Below are positions 35,586 through 44,439 of a stretch of DNA of 64,000 nt, one piece after another; within the stretch, counting starts at the first letter, position 1, and the number at the start of each line of letters is the position of its first letter. The DNA comes from Chthoniobacterales bacterium (GTDB lineage: Bacteria; Verrucomicrobiota; Verrucomicrobiia; Chthoniobacterales; DASVRZ01). The notes beneath the pieces were generated by a model. The model did no database searches. It worked only from the letters and a program-made list of their open reading frames with translations, and had not been told where the DNA came from. The stretch lies in NCBI GenBank assembly GCA_039930045.1, contig JBDSQB010000010.1, positions 18,264 through 82,263 of the forward strand. Reading direction: 5' to 3'. Position numbers and translations under genes: made by a program.

Positions 35586-38500
35586 ATGAAAATACTTATC
35601 CTCCATATCAGTGACATCCACCTACGAGAAGAGCATCAGAATCCGAGCATTCCTAAATTTGGGTTTATTGCCCCGGCTTTGCAGAATGAGGAACATGACC
35701 TTACCCATGTAGTAGTTGCCATTTCTGGTGACGTAGCCTATGCGGGAAAGAAATCGGAATATGAGCTCGCTAAAAAGTGCTTAGATTCTTTGACAGCAGG
35801 CCTTCAGGAGCGTCTCAAAGTAGAAAAGGTTCGTTACGTGCTTATTCCCGGAAATCACGATTGTGATTTTTCCGGCAACAACAGAATGCGGATGTTGGCC
35901 ATTGAAGCTGTCAGAAATGGAGAAGCCCCTGACGATGAAATGATCGATTCTTGCTGTAAGCCGCAAGCCGAATTCGTAAAATTTCGGGACAGCCACCCAA
36001 ATGCCAAGCCAGATCACCAAAGCAGCCCTCTTCACTGGCAGTATCGAATAGAGGATGTCTCTTCAAGCATTGAGTTTCGTTGCTTCAACACAGCCTGGAT
36101 GTCCGTCCTGCACGAGACACAAGGAACACTACATGTTCCCGATTTGGTAGCCGACCATGAGGATTCGAGCAACGGGAGCGATTACGTGGTCTCGCTTTTT
36201 CACCACCCGTATAACTGGATGCCATCAGCAACTTTTCGTCGTTTCAAAACATTAGTGGAGGAGTCTTCGGATCTGGTTCTTACTGGCCACGAGCACGAAG
36301 CTGATCATTTTCAGAAATACTCATTCAAGAGTCAGGAAGTGAATGACTACCTCGAGGGTGCCGTATTCCAAGAGAATGATCGCGACGACCGAGCTGGATT
36401 CCACGCCGTATTTGTGGATTTAATTGCCCAGAGACAGAGGACCGTAAGTTTTACTTGGGAAGAACAAAGGTTTGCCCCTGAGTCTATCGAAGTGTCATGG
36501 GTCCCTTACAAGCGCGGAAGCCGAGGCGGCAAAAGAGAGTTTGATCTTAGTGAGGAGTTTGCAAAATCGCTTGAAGATCCTGGCGCAAGTTATCAACACC
36601 CCGCAAAACCAGACCTGCGACTTGCCGATATCTATGTATTTCCCAATTTGAAGCAGTTTGAGATCAGCAAGAAGACCGATTTTGTTTATGGATCTCTCAT
36701 TGAAGGCCGAGACGTTCTCAAGACACTCGGTTCGAAACGGAAGGTTTTGCTGTTCGGAAGACAGCAATCAGGCAAGACGACGCTTGCAAAGGTGCTTTTT
36801 ACCGACCTCTACAACAAGAATCTAACTCCGGTGCTCATCTCAGGAGACGATCTTACCAAAGCGCACCTAAACAGTGAGAAGTTAGATACATTAGTTGAGA
36901 CTCAATTCGCGAAACAGTACCGAAATCCAAATCTTCCGGCTTTCGATCAAGTTGATAAAGATAAGGCTATTTTGATCGTCGATGATTTTGACCATGGCGC
37001 ACTAAACTCAGCGGGGCGTCTCAAGCTTTTGGAAGTAGCAACGAAGCGTTACGATCGCTTGGTTGTCTTTGCTGACGATATAATCAAGCTAGAAGAACTC
37101 GCTGTTTATAAGGAAGGAAGTGATGTGCTAACAGATTTCGAACAATTCGAAATAGTTCAATTCGGCCATCTTCTCAGGAGCAAACTCATCACTCAGTGGT
37201 ACTCAATCGGAAGTGAATACGATGCGGATCCCATAGAGTTAGGGAAGCGTATCCATATTGCCGAACAGATGGTTTCAACAATGCTCGGGAAGAATTATCT
37301 TCCGCACTTTCCGGTTTTCATTCTCACCTTAATTCAAGCAAGCGATTCGGCAGCGCATCCTAACACTAGTGCGGGAACATACGGTAGTCTTTACGAGATT
37401 ATTATCACACAGGCGCTAGCTTCGAAATCATCAAATGTCGATCTCGACACTAAAATGACTTATCTGAGCGAAATTGCGCATTGGATGCATGCGGCCCAAA
37501 AGAAGAGAATTACAGATGATGAGTGGGAATACTTTCACCGGATATACTGCAAAAAATTCAAGATTCATCCATCAAAGGAATCAATAAAGAGGGATTTTGC
37601 AACTAACGGCTTATTTGATCTTAGAGACGAGCGTTACGGATTTCGGCATCCGGCTTCATACTACTATTTCGTAGCACGCTATTTCCGAGATAACTTATCG
37701 AAGGATTCAGCTCGAACGGCAGTAGCTGGTTTGTTGAGCAAGCTTTACAAAGAAGAGCACGCAAGCATCTGGCTGTTTCTCACACATTTATCGAAGGATC
37801 CGTTTCTGCTAGAAACAATTCTAGAGCATGCAAAGCGGATTTACTCTGAGTTTCCCTCAGCCCGTTTTGAAGAAGATGTTTCATTTCTTCAGGCCCTTGC
37901 AGACAGCGTTGAAAAGATTGTCTTAAAAGACAAATCTTTAGGGGAATCTAAAGAGGAGAGACTTAGGACACTTGATGCACTTCCTGCCTTACCTGACACG
38001 AGCGATGATTTCGACGGAGGTGAGGATGAGACAAATGAGACTCTTAAGCTAATTGCCAAGATGAACCTTGCCCTTCGAACTTTAGAAGTGCTCGGGCAAT
38101 TGGTGAAAAATTTCCCCGGTTCACTTCAAGGTGATGACAAGCTCGCATTGGTTCAGGAATGTTATGCGCTTGGTCTGCGTACAATTTCAATGTTGTTTGG
38201 TCTCTTCCAAAGTGATGTAGAGGCTTTTGTTGATTGCGTTTATGAGCGATTGATCGAGAAACATAGCGAAATTGATGACCGTGACGAACTAAAGAGCAAA
38301 GTTCGAAAGTTTATGTTTTGGATGATTGAAAGCGCGAGTTTTGGCATGATTAAGCGCATTGCTCAGGCGGTGGGCCATTCTCAACTCGGGGAAATCTACA
38401 GAGAAGTGAGGGAACAGGACGAAAGCAATGCAACTGCACTCATCGACATTGCTATCCACTTAGAGAACTTAGGTTTCCCTGAGGACAGATTGAAAGAACT

Positions 38501-38783
38501 GGCGCAAAAGTTTCTTCCGCAAATTAGCTCGCCGATGCAGCGCCCCGCGAGTAATTCTAAATACCCCGTTGCTGTTCCTCGGCGTAGCAAGAATCTATTT
38601 TGTGAACAGATATTGAAGCAACTGGTAGTGGAACACTTTTACCTTTTCCCAACTCGGGAATCGACCAAACAAAAGATTTGCGCGGCTCTCCAGATTGAGG
38701 TTCAAAAGATCCGGCATCTCGATGTAAAGGCCGAGAATGAGAGGCGTGCTCCTCAATCTTCTCTCCCGGATGAGAATCAATAA
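35586..38783 (+). CDS. calcineurin-like metallophosphoesterase fused to P-loop NTPase (AAA+/STAND-like) with large helical C-terminal region; candidate defence/stress protein
   Basis: MPP motifs D10xH12 (HISDIHL), GD48 (SGDVAY), GNHD89-92, HH207-208, GHEH235-238. Walker A FGRQQSGKTT (392-400), Walker B AILIVDDFD (462-470). ~590-aa alpha-helical C-terminus. GC ~45% versus ~62% in the flanks. Confidence 0.85.
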   Translation: MKILILHISDIHLREEHQNPSIPKFGFIAPALQNEEHDLTHVVVAISGDVAYAGKKSEYELAKKCLDSLTAGLQERLKVEKVRYVLIPGNHDCDFSGNNRMRMLAIEAVRNGEAPDDEMIDSCCKPQAEFVKFRDSHPNAKPDHQSSPLHWQYRIEDVSSSIEFRCFNTAWMSVLHETQGTLHVPDLVADHEDSSNGSDYVVSLFHHPYNWMPSATFRRFKTLVEESSDLVLTGHEHEADHFQKYSFKSQEVNDYLEGAVFQENDRDDRAGFHAVFVDLIAQRQRTVSFTWEEQRFAPESIEVSWVPYKRGSRGGKREFDLSEEFAKSLEDPGASYQHPAKPDLRLADIYVFPNLKQFEISKKTDFVYGSLIEGRDVLKTLGSKRKVLLFGRQQSGKTTLAKVLFTDLYNKNLTPVLISGDDLTKAHLNSEKLDTLVETQFAKQYRNPNLPAFDQVDKDKAILIVDDFDHGALNSAGRLKLLEVATKRYDRLVVFADDIIKLEELAVYKEGSDVLTDFEQFEIVQFGHLLRSKLITQWYSIGSEYDADPIELGKRIHIAEQMVSTMLGKNYLPHFPVFILTLIQASDSAAHPNTSAGTYGSLYEIIITQALASKSSNVDLDTKMTYLSEIAHWMHAAQKKRITDDEWEYFHRIYCKKFKIHPSKESIKRDFATNGLFDLRDERYGFRHPASYYYFVARYFRDNLSKDSARTAVAGLLSKLYKEEHASIWLFLTHLSKDPFLLETILEHAKRIYSEFPSARFEEDVSFLQALADSVEKIVLKDKSLGESKEERLRTLDALPALPDTSDDFDGGEDETNETLKLIAKMNLALRTLEVLGQLVKNFPGSLQGDDKLALVQECYALGLRTISMLFGLFQSDVEAFVDCVYERLIEKHSEIDDRDELKSKVRKFMFWMIESASFGMIKRIAQAVGHSQLGEIYREVREQDESNATALIDIAIHLENLGFPEDRLKELAQKFLPQISSPMQRPASNSKYPVAVPRRSKNLFCEQILKQLVVEHFYLFPTRESTKQKICAALQIEVQKIRHLDVKAENERRAPQSSLPDENQ

Positions 38784-38822
38784 GTCCCTTCAAATCATTG
38801 CAGGCCGTTCTGAAGCCACCAA

Positions 38823-38896
38823 ATGGCTGCCTCACAAGGATTTGAACCTTGACAAATTGATCCAGAATCAATTGTGCTACCGTTACACCATGAGGC
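38823..38896 (-). tRNA. tRNA-Gln (anticodon CTG)
   Basis: Minus-strand 74-nt cloverleaf: acceptor tgcctca/tgaggca (U1:A72 as in bacterial tRNA-Gln), D stem gtg/cac, anticodon stem attga/tcaat with loop ttCTGga, T arm caagg-ttcaaat-ccttg, discriminator G, CCA. Confidence 0.8.
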
Positions 38897-38989
38897 ACTC
38901 TTTTTGGGGGCGTTAGTTTACCTCAGGGAGGGTTTTGGGCAAACGGAATTTTCCATCCGCCTGAGGATCGCCCTCCATCCGCCTGAGCG

Positions 38990-40135
38990 CTATCGAACTC
39001 GAATGGAGACCAACGCGGAGAGGCCGGGGTGGATGCGGCTCTGCAGGTCGCGAGTTTCATTCGGATCGAGGAGGATTTTTACCGGGACGCGCTGGACGAC
39101 CTTGGTAAAATTGCCGGTGGCGTTGTCGGGCGGGAGCAGGGTGAAGAGGGCACCGGTGCCGGGGGAGAAGCTGTCGATGTGCCCGTGGAAATCGTGGCCG
39201 GGGAGTGCGTCGATCTCGATGTCGGCGGGCTGGCCGGGTTGCATGTGGGCAAGCTGGGTTTCCTTGAAGTTGGCCACGACCCAGACGTTGTCTTCGACGA
39301 CGGAGAAGAGGGCCTGGCCGACCTGGACGCGGTTGCCGGTCTCGACGTTTTTGTTGCCGATGCGTCCGTCGGATGGGGCGCGGATGATGGTGTAGGAAAG
39401 CTGGCGCTCGGCGTCGCGCAGGGCGGCGCGGGCGGAGTCGATGCTGGCCTGGGTGGCCTGCGCCTGCGAGGGGCCGGCGCCGAGCAGGACCTTGGACGAG
39501 GCGACGCTGGCTTGCATGGCTTCGAGGTTGGAGCGGGCGGCGTTGTCGGCGGCCTGGGCGGTGTCGAAGTTGGATTGCGCGGTGTCGAGGTCGGCTTTGG
39601 TGACGACTCCGCTGCCTTTGTCGAAGAGCTGTTTCGTGCGGCTAAGGTTGGAAGCGGCGAGGCTGAGTTGCGCGGCGGTCTGGCGGGCCTGGGCGTCAGC
39701 CTGGTCGGCATGGGCAATAGCGGCGGAGACCTGGGCCTCGGCATAGGGAACGACGGCGCTGGTTTGAATGAGCTGGGCCTCGGTCTGCGCGAGGCTGGCG
39801 CGGGCTTTGTCGCGGGCGATCTCGAACTCGAGCGGGTCGAGTTTGATAAGAATGTCGCCTTTATGGACGACCTGGTTTTCGTTCACGGGGACTTCCACGA
39901 CGGTGCCGCTGATTTGCGGGCTGATGAGGTGTAGATGCGCGGTGATGAAGGCGTCGTCGCTTTTTTCATATACGTAGGCGTGGTAGGCGAAACGAAGCGT
40001 GAGGACGAGTGCGGCGAGTCCGATCACGATGAAGACGGCCTTGCGGATGCGGCTTATCGGCGGTTTGGCGGTCGTGCTGACGGCGGAGGATTTGGCGGCA
40101 GCGGCTTTTTTAGACGAGGCGAGTGTGGCGTTCAT
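38990..40135 (-). CDS. emrA: HlyD-family efflux periplasmic adaptor (EmrA-like)
   Basis: N-terminal TM, long coiled-coil hairpin, C-terminal beta-barrel motifs (IRAPSDGRIGNKNVETGNRV). Confidence 0.85.
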   Translation of the reverse strand: MNATLASSKKAAAAKSSAVSTTAKPPISRIRKAVFIVIGLAALVLTLRFAYHAYVYEKSDDAFITAHLHLISPQISGTVVEVPVNENQVVHKGDILIKLDPLEFEIARDKARASLAQTEAQLIQTSAVVPYAEAQVSAAIAHADQADAQARQTAAQLSLAASNLSRTKQLFDKGSGVVTKADLDTAQSNFDTAQAADNAARSNLEAMQASVASSKVLLGAGPSQAQATQASIDSARAALRDAERQLSYTIIRAPSDGRIGNKNVETGNRVQVGQALFSVVEDNVWVVANFKETQLAHMQPGQPADIEIDALPGHDFHGHIDSFSPGTGALFTLLPPDNATGNFTKVVQRVPVKILLDPNETRDLQSRIHPGLSALVSIRVR

Positions 40136-40147
40136 GTGCGGATGTGG

Positions 40148-41764
40148 TTAGTGGGCGGCGGAGGCGAGTTCTTTGTTGCCGCCTTTGCCGAGGAAGAAAA
40201 GCAGGGGCAGCGAGATGATGAAGGCGATGCCGACGTATAGAAAAATATCGGAAAAAGAGAGCAGGGTGGACTGGCCGTTGATGAGGGAATCGAGGAGATG
40301 GAGGGCTTGTTTTTTGGCGGCCACGGCGTCGCCGCTATGCGCTTGCAAGGCACCGGTATAGGCCCGCAAACGCTGCATGGCTTCGGGATGGAAGACGGTG
40401 ATTTTTTCCACGAGAGCCGAGCGATGAATGGCTTCGCGCTGGACGAGTAAGGTGGTAATGACGGCGATGCCGACGCTGCTGCCGATCTGCCGGGTGAGAT
40501 TGTAGAAGCCGGAACCGGAGGCGATTTTGTCCTTGGGCAGGCCGCCGAGCGAGGCAATGCTCAGTGGAAGAAACATCATCACGCTGCCGACGCTGCGCAA
40601 AATGAGCGGTAGAAACAGGCTGTGCGTGCCCGTGTCGGGGTTGATGTCGGACAGGAGAAAGGCCGAGGAAACGGTGATGAGCGCACCCGTGCCGACGAGA
40701 AGACGCGCGTCGGCTTTCCCAGAGAATTTCCCCATGAAGACCATCGTGACCGCTGCGGCGATGGCTCCGGGGACTTGCAGCAGGCCGCTCTGCATGGCGG
40801 TGAAGTGCAGGTAGTTTTGCACAAAGATCGGCACGGCAAAAATGACGCCAAAGATGCCCATGCCGAGGACGAATGAATAGACGCTGCCCGCCGCGAGCGT
40901 CTTGTAACGCAACACGCGCAGATCGACCGCAGGATACGCGGTGGTGAGTTCGCGCCAGATAAAAAAGCCCAACCCGAGCACGCTGCCGATGGCGGTGAAC
41001 GTGATGAGTTGCGAGGCAAACCAGTCTTCCTGTTGCCCTTCCTCGAGCATGGTCTGGAAACAAGCCAGTCCACCGGCAAGCAGCCCGATACCCAACCAAT
41101 CGACTTTTTGATTCACCGCATCCTCGCTGCGGTCGCGCGGGAGAAACGTGGTCGCCATGAGCACGCCGACGATGCCGACCGGGATATTAATGAAGAAAAT
41201 CCAGCGCCAGCCCATCGTGTCAGTCAGATAGCCGCCGAGCACCGGGCCCAGCGCCGGGCCGACGATGATCGCGATGCCAAACATCGCCTGCGCCACACCT
41301 TGTTCTTCCTTGGGAAACGTCTCGAAAAGGAGCGATTGCGCCTTGGCCAGCAAGCCGCCGCCGCACAAGCCTTGGAGAATACGCGCAACGATCAGAAACA
41401 TCAGGCTCGGCGACAACCCGCACAAAACCGACGAGACGGTAAAACCGACGAGCGAGAAAATGAGATAGCGTTTCCGGCCAAATCGGTCGCTCAACCACGC
41501 GGTCAGCGGAATCAGGACGACGTTCGCGCAAGCGTAGCCAGTCGAGATCCAGCCGACTTCGGACAACGTCGCACCGAGATTGCCCTGGATGTCGGGCATG
41601 GCGACATTGACGATGCTCGTGTCCACGATTTCGAGGAGCGCTCCGAGCGAGGCGGTCAGCGCGATGAGCCATTTCAATAATCCACGCTCCGCCAGCGACG
41701 CCGCCCACGGCGAGAGCAGACTGAGATCGGACCCGTAGAGTCCGCGCTGGGCGGCGGCGCTCAT
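40148..41764 (-). CDS. emrB: MFS transporter, DHA2 (EmrB/QacA) 14-TMS drug efflux family
   Basis: LSDRFGRKR MFS motif A with ~14 hydrophobic segments. Start taken at MSAAAQ. 4-bp overlap with the tetR stop. Confidence 0.85.
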   Translation of the reverse strand: MSAAAQRGLYGSDLSLLSPWAASLAERGLLKWLIALTASLGALLEIVDTSIVNVAMPDIQGNLGATLSEVGWISTGYACANVVLIPLTAWLSDRFGRKRYLIFSLVGFTVSSVLCGLSPSLMFLIVARILQGLCGGGLLAKAQSLLFETFPKEEQGVAQAMFGIAIIVGPALGPVLGGYLTDTMGWRWIFFINIPVGIVGVLMATTFLPRDRSEDAVNQKVDWLGIGLLAGGLACFQTMLEEGQQEDWFASQLITFTAIGSVLGLGFFIWRELTTAYPAVDLRVLRYKTLAAGSVYSFVLGMGIFGVIFAVPIFVQNYLHFTAMQSGLLQVPGAIAAAVTMVFMGKFSGKADARLLVGTGALITVSSAFLLSDINPDTGTHSLFLPLILRSVGSVMMFLPLSIASLGGLPKDKIASGSGFYNLTRQIGSSVGIAVITTLLVQREAIHRSALVEKITVFHPEAMQRLRAYTGALQAHSGDAVAAKKQALHLLDSLINGQSTLLSFSDIFLYVGIAFIISLPLLFFLGKGGNKELASAAH

Positions 41765-42369
41765 TTTTTTACCTCCGCCAGCACCGTCGCCAGAACCATT
41801 TCCACGCATGACTTCCGATAGGCTGCGGAGGAATATTTCAGTTTGGCAAACGTCGAGGAACGCCGCAGCACGTCCATGAAAATCATGCCGTTGAGCTGAT
41901 CCACCACCATTTCACTGGAAGTCGAATGGGTAACGCCGCGGGAGGCTTTTTCCCGGTCCAGCCGCCCGGCCAGCATCTGACGCAAAGGACGAAACACCGC
42001 ATGGAAAACCTGGCGCTCATGGTCCTGAAACCGATGAATTTCTCCAACCATCGTGCGTATCAGCGGGAGATTCGTCGTGATGATTTCCGAGTAAATCCGC
42101 ACGTATTCCACCAGATAACTCCGCAAGTCGAGTGCATCCGAAATGGGCTTTTCCGGGGCGATTTTAGCTTTCAGGCCGAAGATGTTTTCGACCACGGCAG
42201 CGAGCAATCCGTCCTTGTTGCCAAATTTCCGGAACAGCGTGACTTCGTTCACGCCCGCCTCGCGGGCGATCTCGCGAGTGCTGGCACCCTCGATTCCCTT
42301 CAATGCAAAAATGCGTGCTGCGGCTTCGAGGAGACGAGTTTCAGTGGATTCAGCGGGCAGAGTGCTCAT
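41761..42369 (-). CDS. TetR/AcrR family transcriptional regulator
   Basis: HTH TREIAREAGVNEVTLFRKFGNKDGLL. Confidence 0.85.
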   Translation of the reverse strand: MSTLPAESTETRLLEAAARIFALKGIEGASTREIAREAGVNEVTLFRKFGNKDGLLAAVVENIFGLKAKIAPEKPISDALDLRSYLVEYVRIYSEIITTNLPLIRTMVGEIHRFQDHERQVFHAVFRPLRQMLAGRLDREKASRGVTHSTSSEMVVDQLNGMIFMDVLRRSSTFAKLKYSSAAYRKSCVEMVLATVLAEVKK

Positions 42370-42465
42370 GTAAGTAGTTGCTTGCATTTTCCAACACGAT
42401 CTCGAAAACGCAACGGGCAAAATTGCATTGCGCAAGGGCCGAGTGGGAAATCATGCTCTCCACCG

Positions 42466-43179
42466 ATGCCAGCTCCCGATACGAATCCCACCTGGCGCGT
42501 GCTCGTGGTCGAGGACGATCCGTCGATCCGCGATGTGCTGGAGTATGCGCTGAAAAACGAGGGCTTCGCCGTGCGCTGGACCGCCCGTGGACGCGAGGCT
42601 GTGGCCATCGTGGGCGAGGGGAAAACGGACATGGTGATCCTCGATGTCGGCCTGCCGGATTTCGATGGCTTTGAAGTCTGCCGACAGGTCCGCGCGGGAA
42701 ATGTGGGAGCTTCGATTCCGATTTTATTTCTCTCCTCCCGCAGCGATGAGGTGAATAGGATCGTCGGCCTCGAAATGGGCGGCGACGATTATCTGGTGAA
42801 GCCGTTCAGCCCGCGCGAATTGATGGCACGAATCAAGGCTGTGCGCCGCCGCCTCACCTCCGGCGGAGCTGAAGCCGAGACGCGCCGGAAGATAGTTTAC
42901 GGTCCGATCACACTCGACTTCGAGACGGTTCGTACGACTTGCGAGGATCGCGAGGTGAGCCTCACGCGGCAGGAAATGCGGCTGCTGGAATTGTTAGTAT
43001 CGCGACCCGGCCGGGTCTTCACCCGCGACGAAGTGCTCGATCGCGCCTGGGGCGAGGGCGGACTAGTCACAGACCGAACCATCGATGTGCACATCAAGGC
43101 GGTGAGGAAAAAGTTTGCGCCATTTGAGTTTATCGAGACCGTGCGCGGCACCGGCTACCGCGTGCGCGAGCTTGGTTAG
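42466..43179 (+). CDS. OmpR/PhoB-family response regulator (orphan)
   Basis: REC domain (VLVVEDDP...DMVILDVGLPDFDG...K) plus a winged-helix C-terminus (TVRGTGYRV). ATG at 42466. Confidence 0.85.
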   Translation: MPAPDTNPTWRVLVVEDDPSIRDVLEYALKNEGFAVRWTARGREAVAIVGEGKTDMVILDVGLPDFDGFEVCRQVRAGNVGASIPILFLSSRSDEVNRIVGLEMGGDDYLVKPFSPRELMARIKAVRRRLTSGGAEAETRRKIVYGPITLDFETVRTTCEDREVSLTRQEMRLLELLVSRPGRVFTRDEVLDRAWGEGGLVTDRTIDVHIKAVRKKFAPFEFIETVRGTGYRVRELG

Positions 43180-43394
43180 GAAATGGTTAGTAGAAAGTTT
43201 TTTGGGATTGCCGGTTGACGCGTCCCCGATCCTTGCTAAGTCTTACAACGTCATTCCAATGAAACTCGCCGTCCATTCCAAACCAACCTGCCTCGCCGCT
43301 GCCTATCGCGCTGCGAAGATGGTCGTCCGTATTTGGAATACTAACATGGGCCGTGGAGCTTTCTGATTTAAATCTAACCAAACATTTTTCCAGA

Positions 43395-43428
43395 AAACCC
43401 ACTGCCCGAAAAGCAGTGGGTTTTTTGT
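43395..43428 (+). terminator. rho-independent terminator
   Basis: aaacccactgc-ccgaaaa-gcagtgggttt followed by ttttttg. Confidence 0.75.
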
Positions 43429-43454
43429 TTCCCCCTCCAGAACAAAACAAAACC

Positions 43455-43679
43455 ATGAACACAGAAAACATCCTAACCTACCTGCAGGTGCCGCCCGAAG
43501 TGGAGGCCTTGCAATTTGAGAGCCTGGTCGAAATCTACATCGACCTGGGACTCAACCGCGCCCAGGCCGCCGCCGCCGCGCAGGCCGACTACCTGTGCAC
43601 TAACATGCTCGCCTTTCGCCGCCGCGGCACCATGGACGGGAGCTATCTTCTCGTCGGCAGCGCCCTCCGCGCGGCTTGA
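43455..43679 (+). CDS. small hypothetical protein (74 aa)
   Basis: ORF MNTENILTYLQVPPEVEALQFESLVEIYIDLGLNRAQAAAAAQADYLCTNMLAFRRRGTMDGSYLLVGSALRAA. No motif support. Confidence 0.3.
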   Translation: MNTENILTYLQVPPEVEALQFESLVEIYIDLGLNRAQAAAAAQADYLCTNMLAFRRRGTMDGSYLLVGSALRAA

Positions 43680-43739
43680 GTCGTAGTGCAATCTCTGCTT
43701 GCCAGCGCGCCGGCGAATCGTCTAAATAAAGCTCCTGCC

Positions 43740-44363
43740 ATGGATGTTAGAATCAGCGCCGCCCAGCAGCGGATCATTACTGCCATTGCCAAGTTTGCGC
43801 GCAACGACCAGCCTGCGTTTGTGCCTGAACTGGTTCAGGAACTCGGCCTCGCAAATGCCAGCAGCGTGAATTCCACCTTGAAAACCATGCAACGCAACGG
43901 CCTTGTCGAAGTCGCCGGCGGCGGAGCCAAGGGCCGCTCGCGCGTCGTGAGATTGACCACTCTCGGACGCAATGCGGCTGGCATCGGCGGCCTGCCGTTA
44001 TTGGGAAGAATCGCGGCTGGTTACCTCACCGAGGCGCTGGCCGAGCCCGAGGAAATGATCGATTACAAAGACCTGCTGCCATCGAGGGATGGAGATTTTT
44101 TGTTGCGCGTCACCGGCGATTCCATGACGGGAGACGGCATTCTCGATGGAGATAAAGTCCTGCTGCGTCCGGGTGTGGACTGGCGCGATGGCGAGATCGC
44201 CGCCGTCCAGGTCGGCTATGAGCGCGAGGCGACTTTGAAACGAATCTACCGCGAGGGCGCAAAGATTAGACTCAAGCCCAGCAACGACCGTTTTCCAGAA
44301 ATCATCGTGAACGCATCCGACGTCATCGTCGCCGGCGTCTTTCGCGGACTCGTGCGCGACTAG
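43740..44363 (+). CDS. lexA: LexA repressor (S24 peptidase)
   Basis: N-terminal wHTH, AG cleavage site (RIAAG|Y), GDSM and K catalytic motifs (VTGDSMTGDGILDGD...K). Confidence 0.9.
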   Translation: MDVRISAAQQRIITAIAKFARNDQPAFVPELVQELGLANASSVNSTLKTMQRNGLVEVAGGGAKGRSRVVRLTTLGRNAAGIGGLPLLGRIAAGYLTEALAEPEEMIDYKDLLPSRDGDFLLRVTGDSMTGDGILDGDKVLLRPGVDWRDGEIAAVQVGYEREATLKRIYREGAKIRLKPSNDRFPEIIVNASDVIVAGVFRGLVRD

Positions 44364-44439
44364 CGACGCTAAAAGTTTTCATGAGATTCCACAAATCCTC
44401 CCCGACTCGCCGGTTTTAAGCTGAGCGACTAAATCGGCT

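Noticed and set aside
35586-38783. Interpreting the large island protein as an SbcCD-type repair nuclease or a restriction-modification component
   Set aside because: There is no ABC signature, no Q-loop or long SbcC-type coiled coil, and no methyltransferase motifs. The MPP and the NTPase are in one polypeptide and the NTPase looks AAA+/STAND-like rather than ABC. This is kept as an alternative to test, not as the call
38557-38898. 113-aa minus ORF overlapping the tRNA-Gln and the end of the large island gene
   Set aside because: It overlaps a confidently folded tRNA and the 3' end of a strong CDS, and has no support
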